From: a virus | Lineage: Duplodnaviria > Caudoviricetes | Strand: one strand, 5' to 3' | IMG/VR virus record: IMGVR_UViG_3300020460_000012 | DNA length: 64,000 nt | Shown: positions 1 through 6,737 of the stretch, one piece after another | Numbering within the stretch: the stretch's first letter is position 1 | Layout: each line of letters opens with the position of its first letter | The notes under the pieces: model-generated | Databases searched by the model: none | Told to the model about the DNA's origin: nothing | What the model saw: the letters and a program-made list of their open reading frames with translations, nothing else | Program-made: the position numbers and the translations under genes

Positions 1-12
1 AAGAGGGCAAAT

Positions 13-228
13 ATGGGAATGAGCAGTTGGATTTTAGATCAAGTAGATGAGTTCTACGAGATAGCACAGAAGACCATCGGGTCTTGTGAGTGCATAGAAG
101 AATTTCAAAAAGAGATGAAAGAGCATGAAGGTCTCCTAGCAGGGAGCACCGAGCTTGAATACTTATACAACGACAATGGGTATTCCGATCTTTGGAACGA
201 GTATTGGGAGAGTTTCCAAGATGCTTAA
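13..228 (+). CDS. Small acidic early protein, hypothetical
   Basis: ORF track; GAGGGC at 3-8, 4 nt before the ATG; D/E-rich with a W/Y-rich C-terminus. Confidence 0.75.
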   Translation: MGMSSWILDQVDEFYEIAQKTIGSCECIEEFQKEMKEHEGLLAGSTELEYLYNDNGYSDLWNEYWESFQDA

Positions 229-424
229 ACCAGCTTATTGCGATAGGATTGCACACGCCATTAGGGAAGAGCTTGTAAAGAGCGACCCACTAGGCATTAT
301 TGGGTTGGTTGGTCCAATTGAATGGGACCTTAACTCAGAGGGTTCATTCATGTCAACAAAGAAGACCATGGAGGTCACTGACATGAATGGTAAGACTTAC
401 ACCGTAACCATAGAGGAGAAGTAA
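221..424 (+). CDS. Hypothetical early protein (start revised to ATG 221)
   Basis: ORF track gives 155..424; ATG 221 overlaps the upstream stop and follows GGGAGAG. Confidence 0.65.
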   Translation: MLKPAYCDRIAHAIREELVKSDPLGIIGLVGPIEWDLNSEGSFMSTKKTMEVTDMNGKTYTVTIEEK

Positions 425-597
425 TGTTAGAGCTGATAGGGCTGATAGCTTTAATCTACTTGGCAGTTAAATTTTTACCAGGCATATTGGTGTTCGCACT
501 AAAGGTGCTCATAGTATTAGTAGGTATCTGGCTTATCCTGAATGTCCTTGTGTGGATGTTTGGATGGCCAAACTTTTTAATCGTTATGCCTCTTTAG
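424..597 (+). CDS. 57-aa hydrophobic membrane protein (not in ORF track)
   Basis: TAATG coupling at 424; translated by hand as MLELIGLIALIYLAVKFLPGILVFALKVLIVLVGIWLILNVLVWMFGWPNFLIVMPL. Confidence 0.7.
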   Translation: MLELIGLIALIYLAVKFLPGILVFALKVLIVLVGIWLILNVLVWMFGWPNFLIVMPL

Positions 598-628
598 GGG
601 TTGACAAATTCTTTAATCATGCTATACT
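595..628 (+). promoter_or_regulatory. Early sigma70-type promoter 1
   Basis: TAGGGG-TTGACA(601-606)-16 nt-TATACT(623-628). Confidence 0.85.
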
Positions 629-657
629 ATATGTATAGTTAAACAAAAGAGGGCAAC

Positions 658-1140
658 ATGGCAACAAGAGCAAGAATAGCACTTCAACTTAGTGAAGACA
701 AAATCATAGGATCCTATCATCATTGGGACGGATACCCTGGTGGACTAGGATACAATCTCATTGACAATTGGTATAAAGCTGACAAGGTAGAAAAGGCTAT
801 CATGTTAGGTGATGCAAGTAAATGGGGGCAGTTCATAGGAGAAAAGATCGACTTTAATGACACACAAGCAGATTCCTATGCTTATCAGAATGTTTATTAC
901 GGTCGTGACCGAGGCGAGAAAAATTGTCATCATCAGGTTTACACAAGCGAACAGGCTTATCTCAAGAACGGATTCAAGTCAGGTGAAGATTACATTTATC
1001 TAGCAAAGAACACAGGACAGAATCAGTTGACTTGGTTCTATGCGAAGTATGATATGAAGGAGTTTCTTCCTGTTGAAGGCAAAGCGATTAGAGAGCATAT
1101 AGAAATGTTGGAAATGCATTTGAACAAGGAGGCCGCATAA
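658..1140 (+). CDS. Conserved phage early protein with HWDGYP motif
   Basis: ORF track; MATR...YHHWDGYP pattern is common in uncharacterised phage proteins; GAGGGC RBS. Confidence 0.8.
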   Translation: MATRARIALQLSEDKIIGSYHHWDGYPGGLGYNLIDNWYKADKVEKAIMLGDASKWGQFIGEKIDFNDTQADSYAYQNVYYGRDRGEKNCHHQVYTSEQAYLKNGFKSGEDYIYLAKNTGQNQLTWFYAKYDMKEFLPVEGKAIREHIEMLEMHLNKEAA

Positions 1141-1661
1141 TGCCAAATTGGTGTAGCACAGATATAGAAATTATTGGCCCCACAGCTGAGATGAAGAAGC
1201 TGGCGGCTATTGTAAACTCAAACGATGATCCTGGATTCTTACAAACTATATGTCCAGGGCCCGAAGAATGGAACTATGATTGGTCCGTACAGAACTGGGG
1301 CACCAAGTGGGACATTAGTGAAGGGCATGCTGACGTAGAAGAGCTTGCGACTGCACACCCGATCCTACAGTCCAAGTTGTCTATCGCGACACAAACTGCA
1401 TGGGCACCCCCACTAGAGGCTCTCGACTACTACCTGCAGGAGAATCCTGAGTATATAGTCAAATGCTATTACTATGAGCCTGGCATGGACTTCGCAGGCA
1501 TATGGGAAGATGGCTATGACGATTGTCTCACAGATCTACACGATAAAAACATCGACTGGAACGAACCAGCCAGCCTAGCACAGAAGCTAGACGAGATGTA
1601 TGGCATCTGTGAAGAACATGCACAGTATGATGACGAAAACTTTGCCTACGAGAGTAGATAG
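1140..1661 (+). CDS. DUF1281/YubB-like (Api92-like) ferredoxin-fold protein
   Basis: MPNWC N-terminus, NWGTKW, TAWAPP and YYEPGMDFAG motifs. Confidence 0.75.
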   Translation: MPNWCSTDIEIIGPTAEMKKLAAIVNSNDDPGFLQTICPGPEEWNYDWSVQNWGTKWDISEGHADVEELATAHPILQSKLSIATQTAWAPPLEALDYYLQENPEYIVKCYYYEPGMDFAGIWEDGYDDCLTDLHDKNIDWNEPASLAQKLDEMYGICEEHAQYDDENFAYESR

Positions 1662-1692
1662 GGGTTGACAACTAGAATATTGATGCTATACT
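1659..1692 (+). promoter_or_regulatory. Early sigma70-type promoter 2
   Basis: TAGGGG-TTGACA(1665-1670)-16 nt-TATACT(1687-1692). Confidence 0.85.
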
Positions 1693-1722
1693 GTAAGTAT
1701 AGTTAAACAAAAAGAGGGCGTT

Positions 1723-1932
1723 ATGGGAATTTCAAGAGATAAAGCAATTGAGTTGGTCGAAGAAGGAATTGTCGATCCGATCCAGATGGTCATCATGTGT
1801 GTGAAATACATGAGTGAGGATGACGTCGAGGATATGCTCGATTGTAACGAACTGAGTGATCGGTTCATGGAAGAGGACGATGGCCAACCTGACTGGGAGC
1901 AGGAGTGGGCCGACTTTGGGGAGGAATACTAA
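1723..1932 (+). CDS. Small acidic early protein with DGQPDWEQEW tail
   Basis: ORF track; GAGGGC RBS at 1714. Confidence 0.8.
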   Translation: MGISRDKAIELVEEGIVDPIQMVIMCVKYMSEDDVEDMLDCNELSDRFMEEDDGQPDWEQEWADFGEEY

Positions 1933-1938
1933 GGTTAC

Positions 1939-2060
1939 GTGGTACCTACAAAGGCCCGGTCTCTGCAGGACCCTGCACAGTCGAAAGACACCGTAGAGCA
2001 GATAAGGGTAGGCTAAGGTACTAGATTAAAACAGTTGCATGCCGAGATCTAGACGCCACA
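1939..2060 (+). ncRNA. Candidate structured RNA (unclassified) in an early intergenic region
   Basis: GC-rich non-coding stretch with several stems: GTACCT/AGGTAC, CCTAC/GTAGG, TGCAG/CTGCA, GTC-GAAA-GAC, CTAGAT/ATCTAG. Confidence 0.45.
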
Positions 2061-2096
2061 TTATTTTAAAAAAACAAAAACAAGCTGGAGGGCAAA

Positions 2097-2705
2097 ATGA
2101 CTATTTCAAGAGAACAAATTAAAAAAGCATTCGTAAGTGATCCCAAGGACATAGGCGAAGAAGCATATAACAATCAGGACTGGTACCAAGAAGATGCTCA
2201 GAGAATGAGATACATCTTGGCGACCATTAATATGTCACCAGGTGATTCCTATGCTGACTTCAACGGTGAAGAAAGGCAATTAAAACTAGGTCAAGAGGAC
2301 AATAGGTTCTTTGATTGCATAGATTTTGATTATCAAGGTGGTTACGAGATCAAGGACGAAGCGAAACTGCTTGAACTGATCAACATGAGTGATGAGGATG
2401 TGGCAGAATATATTAATGTCAATGAATATGAGTGGATAGGTGATGACTACGATCATATCTCAGACTACCTATTTAAGATTATGAATGAATGGCAAGACGT
2501 TCTTGAATATGATACCGAGGACGAGGACGAGGATAGCATGACCATTACCACAAGAGAAATAGACTATGTGGTAGATTCTGAGACAGGCTTTAAGAGCGAA
2601 AACAAATATGAAGTGGCCTACAATATTCTCAACGAATATTGGGACAGTCTTCCGGATGATCACAAAGAATCAATCCACAAAAGACTGGAAGCGATAGGTG
2701 TATAA
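2097..2705 (+). CDS. Acidic hypothetical early protein
   Basis: ORF track; GGAGGGC RBS at 2087-2093. Confidence 0.8.
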   Translation: MTISREQIKKAFVSDPKDIGEEAYNNQDWYQEDAQRMRYILATINMSPGDSYADFNGEERQLKLGQEDNRFFDCIDFDYQGGYEIKDEAKLLELINMSDEDVAEYINVNEYEWIGDDYDHISDYLFKIMNEWQDVLEYDTEDEDEDSMTITTREIDYVVDSETGFKSENKYEVAYNILNEYWDSLPDDHKESIHKRLEAIGV

Positions 2706-2707
2706 TC

Positions 2708-2839
2708 ATGTATAAAATATACAATGATGAAAATATATTAGTGGCAGAGAGTGATACACTTTCTTTGTCAGTGCAAGAATTACTAGAGGGTAATGGATAT
2801 ACTATTATATTTCGTAAAAAAGGGGTTGACAAACTCTAA
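2708..2839 (+). CDS. 43-aa hypothetical protein (not in ORF track)
   Basis: MYKIYNDENILVAESDTLSLSVQELLEGNGYTIIFRKKGVDKL; fills the gap and runs into promoter 3. Confidence 0.45.
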   Translation: MYKIYNDENILVAESDTLSLSVQELLEGNGYTIIFRKKGVDKL

Positions 2840-2853
2840 ATAGGTGCTATACT
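2821..2853 (+). promoter_or_regulatory. Early sigma70-type promoter 3
   Basis: AGGGG-TTGACA(2826-2831)-16 nt-TATACT(2848-2853). Confidence 0.85.
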
Positions 2854-2891
2854 ATATGTATAGTTAGGGCAAACAGAAAAAAGAGGGCTTT

Positions 2892-3086
2892 ATGCAAATT
2901 ACTAGAACTAATCCTTTCACAAACACCGTTAACACACGTGAGCTGGATATTACTCCAGAGCAGGTGGCTGCGTATGAGGCAGGTGCTCTGCTTCAAAACG
3001 CTTTCCCAAACCTCTCAGCAGACGATCGCGAGTTTTACAAGACTGGCATCGACAACTGGGACGAGATGTTCGGAGGGGAGGAGTAG
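2892..3086 (+). CDS. Small conserved phage hypothetical protein
   Basis: ORF track; GAGGGC RBS; LLQNAFPNLSADDREF motif. Confidence 0.8.
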   Translation: MQITRTNPFTNTVNTRELDITPEQVAAYEAGALLQNAFPNLSADDREFYKTGIDNWDEMFGGEE

Positions 3087-3254
3087 ATGACTGTTCAAGA
3101 AGCATGGAGCATCGTAGGCAATCAGCCTAAGTCCGCGATCAAGAATATGGTCAAGGCGCTTGGCATGATGAAAGCTTTGAATACTCCAGAAGAGAACCGT
3201 AGACTTGAGGCAGGGAAGATCTGCTTGAAGACTACCAACCCGAGGTATTCATAA
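3087..3254 (+). CDS. 55-aa hypothetical protein (not in ORF track)
   Basis: MTVQEAWSIVGNQPKSAIKNMVKALGMMKALNTPEENRRLEAGKICLKTTNPRYS; abuts both neighbours; GGAGGAG upstream. Confidence 0.7.
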   Translation: MTVQEAWSIVGNQPKSAIKNMVKALGMMKALNTPEENRRLEAGKICLKTTNPRYS

Positions 3255-3436
3255 TGGCTATCTGTCCCGAATGTCACACCATGGACAAGAACTTCTTCGC
3301 ACCGAAGTGCCATGCTTGTAACACACCGGTTGGGTTCATCAATCAATGTATAGTGTCACTGATGTATAATGTGGTCTTCTTTGGAACACTGTATCTGATG
3401 TGGCTTTTGGTAAAATATTTATTTTGGAATTTATAA
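3254..3436 (+). CDS. Zinc-ribbon (CPEC...CHAC) protein with C-terminal transmembrane helix
   Basis: Two CxxC pairs and a hydrophobic tail; TAATG coupling. Confidence 0.7.
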   Translation: MAICPECHTMDKNFFAPKCHACNTPVGFINQCIVSLMYNVVFFGTLYLMWLLVKYLFWNL

Positions 3437-3440
3437 CATT

Positions 3441-3475
3441 TAGGGGTTGACACGTATACAGTTTGATCATATACT
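3441..3475 (+). promoter_or_regulatory. Early sigma70-type promoter 4
   Basis: TAGGGG-TTGACA(3447-3452)-17 nt-TATACT(3470-3475). Confidence 0.85.
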
Positions 3476-3515
3476 GTATATAACAATTAAGCAATGACAA
3501 CTGAAAGAGGGCAAT

Positions 3516-4520
3516 ATGTCAAATATTAAATTACTTGAAGGTAGCTATAAGATCCGCGGCAAGGAAGTAGATCTTACAGGTATGGTCTTTCCACTAGTAG
3601 AAGGCTACAAGGTTGGTACCCAGGGCGGATACGTAACCGTTGATGGATCAGCAGTAGCTGGCTTTCCAGATCGAAACATCAAGATCAAAGTAAGCGGTCC
3701 GAACTGCTTCGATCAGAGCACCACTGCAAAGGTCACCAAGCGAGAAGAGACAGACGAAGAGACGATTGAAAGACTTCGTGAGCGTTTCGACATGCTTGAA
3801 GATATGACCCGTGCAACTAAGAGAGGCGATGTGCGAGCAATGATCGTAAGTGGCCCTCCAGGTGTTGGTAAGTCACATGGTGTTGAAAAAGTACTAGGCA
3901 ACCATGAACTGATTGCTCAGCTAGGCAACAAGCCTGCTAAGTATGAAGTGGTCAAGGGTGCTATGTCAGCTATAGGACTCTACTGCAAATTGTACAAACA
4001 CGCAGACAAAGATAACGTGCTAGTGTTTGACGATTGTGATAGTGTGTTCAGCGATGAGCTTTCATTGAACATCTTGAAGGCCGCCCTAGACTCGAAGAGG
4101 ACTAGAAAGATTTGTTGGAACACAGACAGTTTCAAATTACGAAATGAAGGTGTGCCAGACAGCTTTGACTTTAAAGGCTCAGCTATCTTTATCACCAACA
4201 TCAAGTTTGATAACGTTAAGAGCAAGAAGATGAGGGACCATTTAGAAGCTCTTGAGTCACGTTGTCACTACATTGATCTGACTATTGATACGGACAGAGA
4301 GAAGATGTTACGTATTAAACAGATCACCAAAGACGGCATGCTAAATGACTATCAGTTGGGCGAGCATGTCGAGAACGATATTGTCGACTTTATGGAAGCG
4401 AACAAAAACAAGCTCAGGGAATTAAGCTTGCGAACTGTTCTTAAAGTCGCAGACTTAGCCAAAGCATTTCCCGACAGATGGGAAGCGATGGCTGAGAACA
4501 CGGTAATGCGTCGAGCTTAG
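3516..4520 (+). CDS. Phage AAA+-type P-loop ATPase
   Basis: Walker A GPPGVGKS, Walker B VLVFDDCD, sensor FITN, arginine finger ALESR. Confidence 0.85.
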   Translation: MSNIKLLEGSYKIRGKEVDLTGMVFPLVEGYKVGTQGGYVTVDGSAVAGFPDRNIKIKVSGPNCFDQSTTAKVTKREETDEETIERLRERFDMLEDMTRATKRGDVRAMIVSGPPGVGKSHGVEKVLGNHELIAQLGNKPAKYEVVKGAMSAIGLYCKLYKHADKDNVLVFDDCDSVFSDELSLNILKAALDSKRTRKICWNTDSFKLRNEGVPDSFDFKGSAIFITNIKFDNVKSKKMRDHLEALESRCHYIDLTIDTDREKMLRIKQITKDGMLNDYQLGEHVENDIVDFMEANKNKLRELSLRTVLKVADLAKAFPDRWEAMAENTVMRRA

Positions 4521-4537
4521 AGCTCCGCCACCGTGTT

Positions 4538-4665
4538 CATGTACCAGCGTCCGGGGTGCCCTCCCCCAGCTGGTACTACATGTCGGAAGTTTCAGCAAGC
4601 CCTCACGCTGGCTCCGACGAATAGAGCCCTGCATAGTGTGCCCTCGCTATGCGGGGCTCGACCTT
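4538..4665 (+). ncRNA. Candidate three-hairpin sRNA with GCCCUC loops, antisense to the early-gene GAGGGC RBS
   Basis: Three consecutive stem-loops (4541-4576, 4582-4618, 4624-4659) with loops UGCCCUC, AAGCCCUCAC and GUGCCCUC; U-G pairs favour the + strand; CUUUU follows. Confidence 0.7.
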
Positions 4666-4711
4666 TTAGACTTATCCACAGGGCAAAAATCCACATAAAA
4701 TAATGGTAAAT

Positions 4712-4746
4712 TAGGGGTTGACAGATCTGGATTCAGAACATATACT
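4712..4746 (+). promoter_or_regulatory. Early sigma70-type promoter 5
   Basis: TAGGGG-TTGACA(4718-4723)-17 nt-TATACT(4741-4746). Confidence 0.85.
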
Positions 4747-4776
4747 GTATATAACAGTTAGGAAATAGAGGGCATT

Positions 4777-5199
4777 ATGAAAAAGATATTAATTACTACC
4801 GCACTAATAGCAAGTTTAGGTCTTGCTACAACTCCAGTTAAAGCTGACACAGACGACTTTATCAAAGTCATAGGCGCTGTGATTATATTAGATCAGCTTT
4901 TCAACAAAAACGATCGTAGACACAACGGCGGCTATCATCCACAGAACGGTGGCTACTACCCCGGCGGTATCTACGATGACAGAGGTTACGATCACAACCG
5001 TAGGGTTTGTAACGGTAACCTAGGCTGTACTCCATATGATAACAATCCTTGGAACAATCCTAGAAAGCATGGTTATGCTAGAGGATATGACACAGGTGAG
5101 ATCTGTGGACAAAGAACAGAGCATTACAGAAACTATACAGAGACTCTTCACTTAGACTGTAATGGTAATGTTTTATTTGTAACTAGACACGCCAAGTAA
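4777..5199 (+). CDS. Secreted/periplasmic G-Y-N-rich protein
   Basis: Signal-peptide-like N-terminus (MKKILITTAL...VKA); NGGY repeats; GAGGGC RBS. Confidence 0.75.
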   Translation: MKKILITTALIASLGLATTPVKADTDDFIKVIGAVIILDQLFNKNDRRHNGGYHPQNGGYYPGGIYDDRGYDHNRRVCNGNLGCTPYDNNPWNNPRKHGYARGYDTGEICGQRTEHYRNYTETLHLDCNGNVLFVTRHAK

Positions 5200-5210
5200 G
5201 GAGGGCACTT

Positions 5211-5498
5211 ATGAAAGCACATCAAGCACAATATATCCTTGAGCAGTTCGTTGACTCAACCAATAGATGGAATAGCATATTTGGCAAAGAGCCTATGACA
5301 TTTCCTCTAAGCCAACAGAACGCAAACAGTCTTATGGACAAGCTTGCAGGAGAGCTATCACCAGAGAACCTACACTGTGATGGTGAGATATCACATGCAC
5401 AGGCTCAACGTAAGTTCCGTGAGCTTAACACTATCAAGAAAGCACTAGAAACCTACTGCTTGAACAATTGGCTTGATACCCCTGAGTGCGTATATTAG
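5211..5498 (+). CDS. Conserved phage hypothetical early protein
   Basis: ORF track; LSPENLHCDGEIS motif; GGAGGGC RBS. Confidence 0.8.
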   Translation: MKAHQAQYILEQFVDSTNRWNSIFGKEPMTFPLSQQNANSLMDKLAGELSPENLHCDGEISHAQAQRKFRELNTIKKALETYCLNNWLDTPECVY

Positions 5499-5529
5499 GG
5501 GTTGACAAGACTGCAATTGATGTTATTAT
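5496..5529 (+). promoter_or_regulatory. Early sigma70-type promoter 6
   Basis: TAGGGG-TTGACA(5502-5507)-16 nt-TATTAT(5524-5529). Confidence 0.8.
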
Positions 5530-5564
5530 AGTAGAGTAAGTTAAACAAAACAAGCGAGGGCAAT

Positions 5565-5897
5565 ATGAACTACACTGTACAAGAACTTAAAGACCTGTTA
5601 GAAGATGCTAAACTAGCGGCTTACACTGCTGGCATTGAGCACCTAGACACATATGGTGAGCATGCTTACTGTGGCTTTGCTTGGGTAGATATATTTGGTG
5701 TTAAAGGCAACACCAAGCTAGGCCGTGCTATGAAAGCGGCAGGCTATGAGAAGGACTACAAAGGTGCTTACTCAATATGGAACCCAAGTGGCTTAGGTAC
5801 GCAGTGCATGAGCACTAAAGAAGCTGGTGCTAGAGCGGCGGCGCAAGTGTTTAAGGACGCAGGCTTTACAGCTTACGCAGGCAGTCGACCAGACTAG
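5565..5897 (+). CDS. Conserved phage protein with CGFAWV motif
   Basis: ORF track; CGFAWV...Q.M..KE.GA.A motif; GAGGGC RBS. Confidence 0.8.
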   Translation: MNYTVQELKDLLEDAKLAAYTAGIEHLDTYGEHAYCGFAWVDIFGVKGNTKLGRAMKAAGYEKDYKGAYSIWNPSGLGTQCMSTKEAGARAAAQVFKDAGFTAYAGSRPD

Positions 5898-5917
5898 GTC
5901 GCAACCAAACTGCCAGC

Positions 5918-5945
5918 AACCCCGGCTTAGGTCGGGGTTTTTTTT
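5918..5945 (+). terminator. Rho-independent terminator ending the early region
   Basis: AACCCCGGC-TTAG-GTCGGGGTT stem-loop followed by a T run. Confidence 0.85.
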
Positions 5946-6123
5946 GAAAAAATTTTCTCGGGGGGTCGGGGTTATATACGACAAATTTGCAACTGCCCGC
6001 ACAAGTGCTTAATGACCGCTTTTTAAAAATTGGGTGATGCAAAATCACCACCTCGATTCTGTAAGTACTTGCCTACAATTTTTTACGCGACTCGATTTTT
6101 TTCACACAGAACCCATTTCGGCC

Positions 6124-6131
6124 TATAAATA
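6124..6131 (+). promoter_or_regulatory. T4-type late promoter TATAAATA
   Basis: Exact TATAAATA 4 nt upstream of ATG 6136. Confidence 0.7.
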
Positions 6132-6135
6132 CACT

Positions 6136-6333
6136 ATGCTAGGAAATGATCTTAAAATAGCAGGACTACAAGCAGTTATAGTGCTAGTACCAACCTACAC
6201 AGTCGCATATCTAACTGAGCAAATGGTATACACTATTCCCATGCTAGCGGCCAGTAGTTTTGTAGCTGCCGCACTACGTCCTAATACTAGTATCAAAGTA
6301 GATGATGCCAGCAAAGACGGTGGTAAGGAATAA
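6136..6333 (+). CDS. 65-aa two-TM membrane protein (start revised from 6034)
   Basis: MLGNDLKIAGLQAVIVLVPTYTVAYLTEQMVYTIPMLAASSFVAAAL...; directly follows a late promoter. Confidence 0.65.
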   Translation: MLGNDLKIAGLQAVIVLVPTYTVAYLTEQMVYTIPMLAASSFVAAALRPNTSIKVDDASKDGGKE

Positions 6334-6488
6334 CTTTTTACTATGCAAAAAACAACCCCTCTACACTGTGAACACCAGTGTGTTACACACCAAAAAAGGT
6401 TAAATAACACTGTATACACACGTAGATTCACAACAATTCAATCCAACTGCGGTTTCGTCAATAAGCGTATAGCAGACTCACATCTCGT

Positions 6489-6737
6489 GTGTATACTCTA
6501 ATGTATCGTGTCAAACTAATTTACAGTACTAGGCCAAGAATAGAACGCTTCATACGAGACACTCGCTATGAGGATGTGCTTACCCAAACTGCTTGTACCA
6601 AACTATTACTTAATCACAACATACACACCACACAGCCAGATCACTGTACTATTGAGTTTGAGTCAGATCGCGACCGCATGTTGGCCATGCTTAAACTGTC
6701 AGAATCTACACTCTACAAAGCAAGGTTAGTAGATTAA
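6489..6737 (+). CDS. Hypothetical protein (ATG 6501 is an alternative start)
   Basis: ORF track. Confidence 0.5.
   Translation: MYTLMYRVKLIYSTRPRIERFIRDTRYEDVLTQTACTKLLLNHNIHTTQPDHCTIEFESDRDRMLAMLKLSESTLYKARLVD

Noticed and set aside
1945-2012. Resemblance of CAAAGGCCCGGTCT...AGATAAGGG to the c-di-GMP-I riboswitch P2 or to a twister ribozyme
   Set aside because: The P1 GAAA/GGCAAAC element and the twister pseudoknot residues are missing; kept only as an unclassified structured RNA.
4538-4665. Reading the triple hairpin as a - strand GAGGGC-loop protein decoy (CsrB-like), or as simple terminators
   Set aside because: U-G pairs only work on the + strand and no - strand promoter is visible. 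Three unrelated stems with identical loops and only one short U run do not fit plain terminators. Not fully excluded.
3-5564. Idea that GAGGGC reflects a host with a variant 16S anti-SD
   Set aside because: Core genes in the same genome use ordinary GGAG/GGAGG, so the host anti-SD appears canonical.
5793-6051. ORF-track ORFs 5793..6002, 5827..6012 and 5866..6051
   Set aside because: They span the terminator and homopolymer tract, have no RBS and overlap a better gene.
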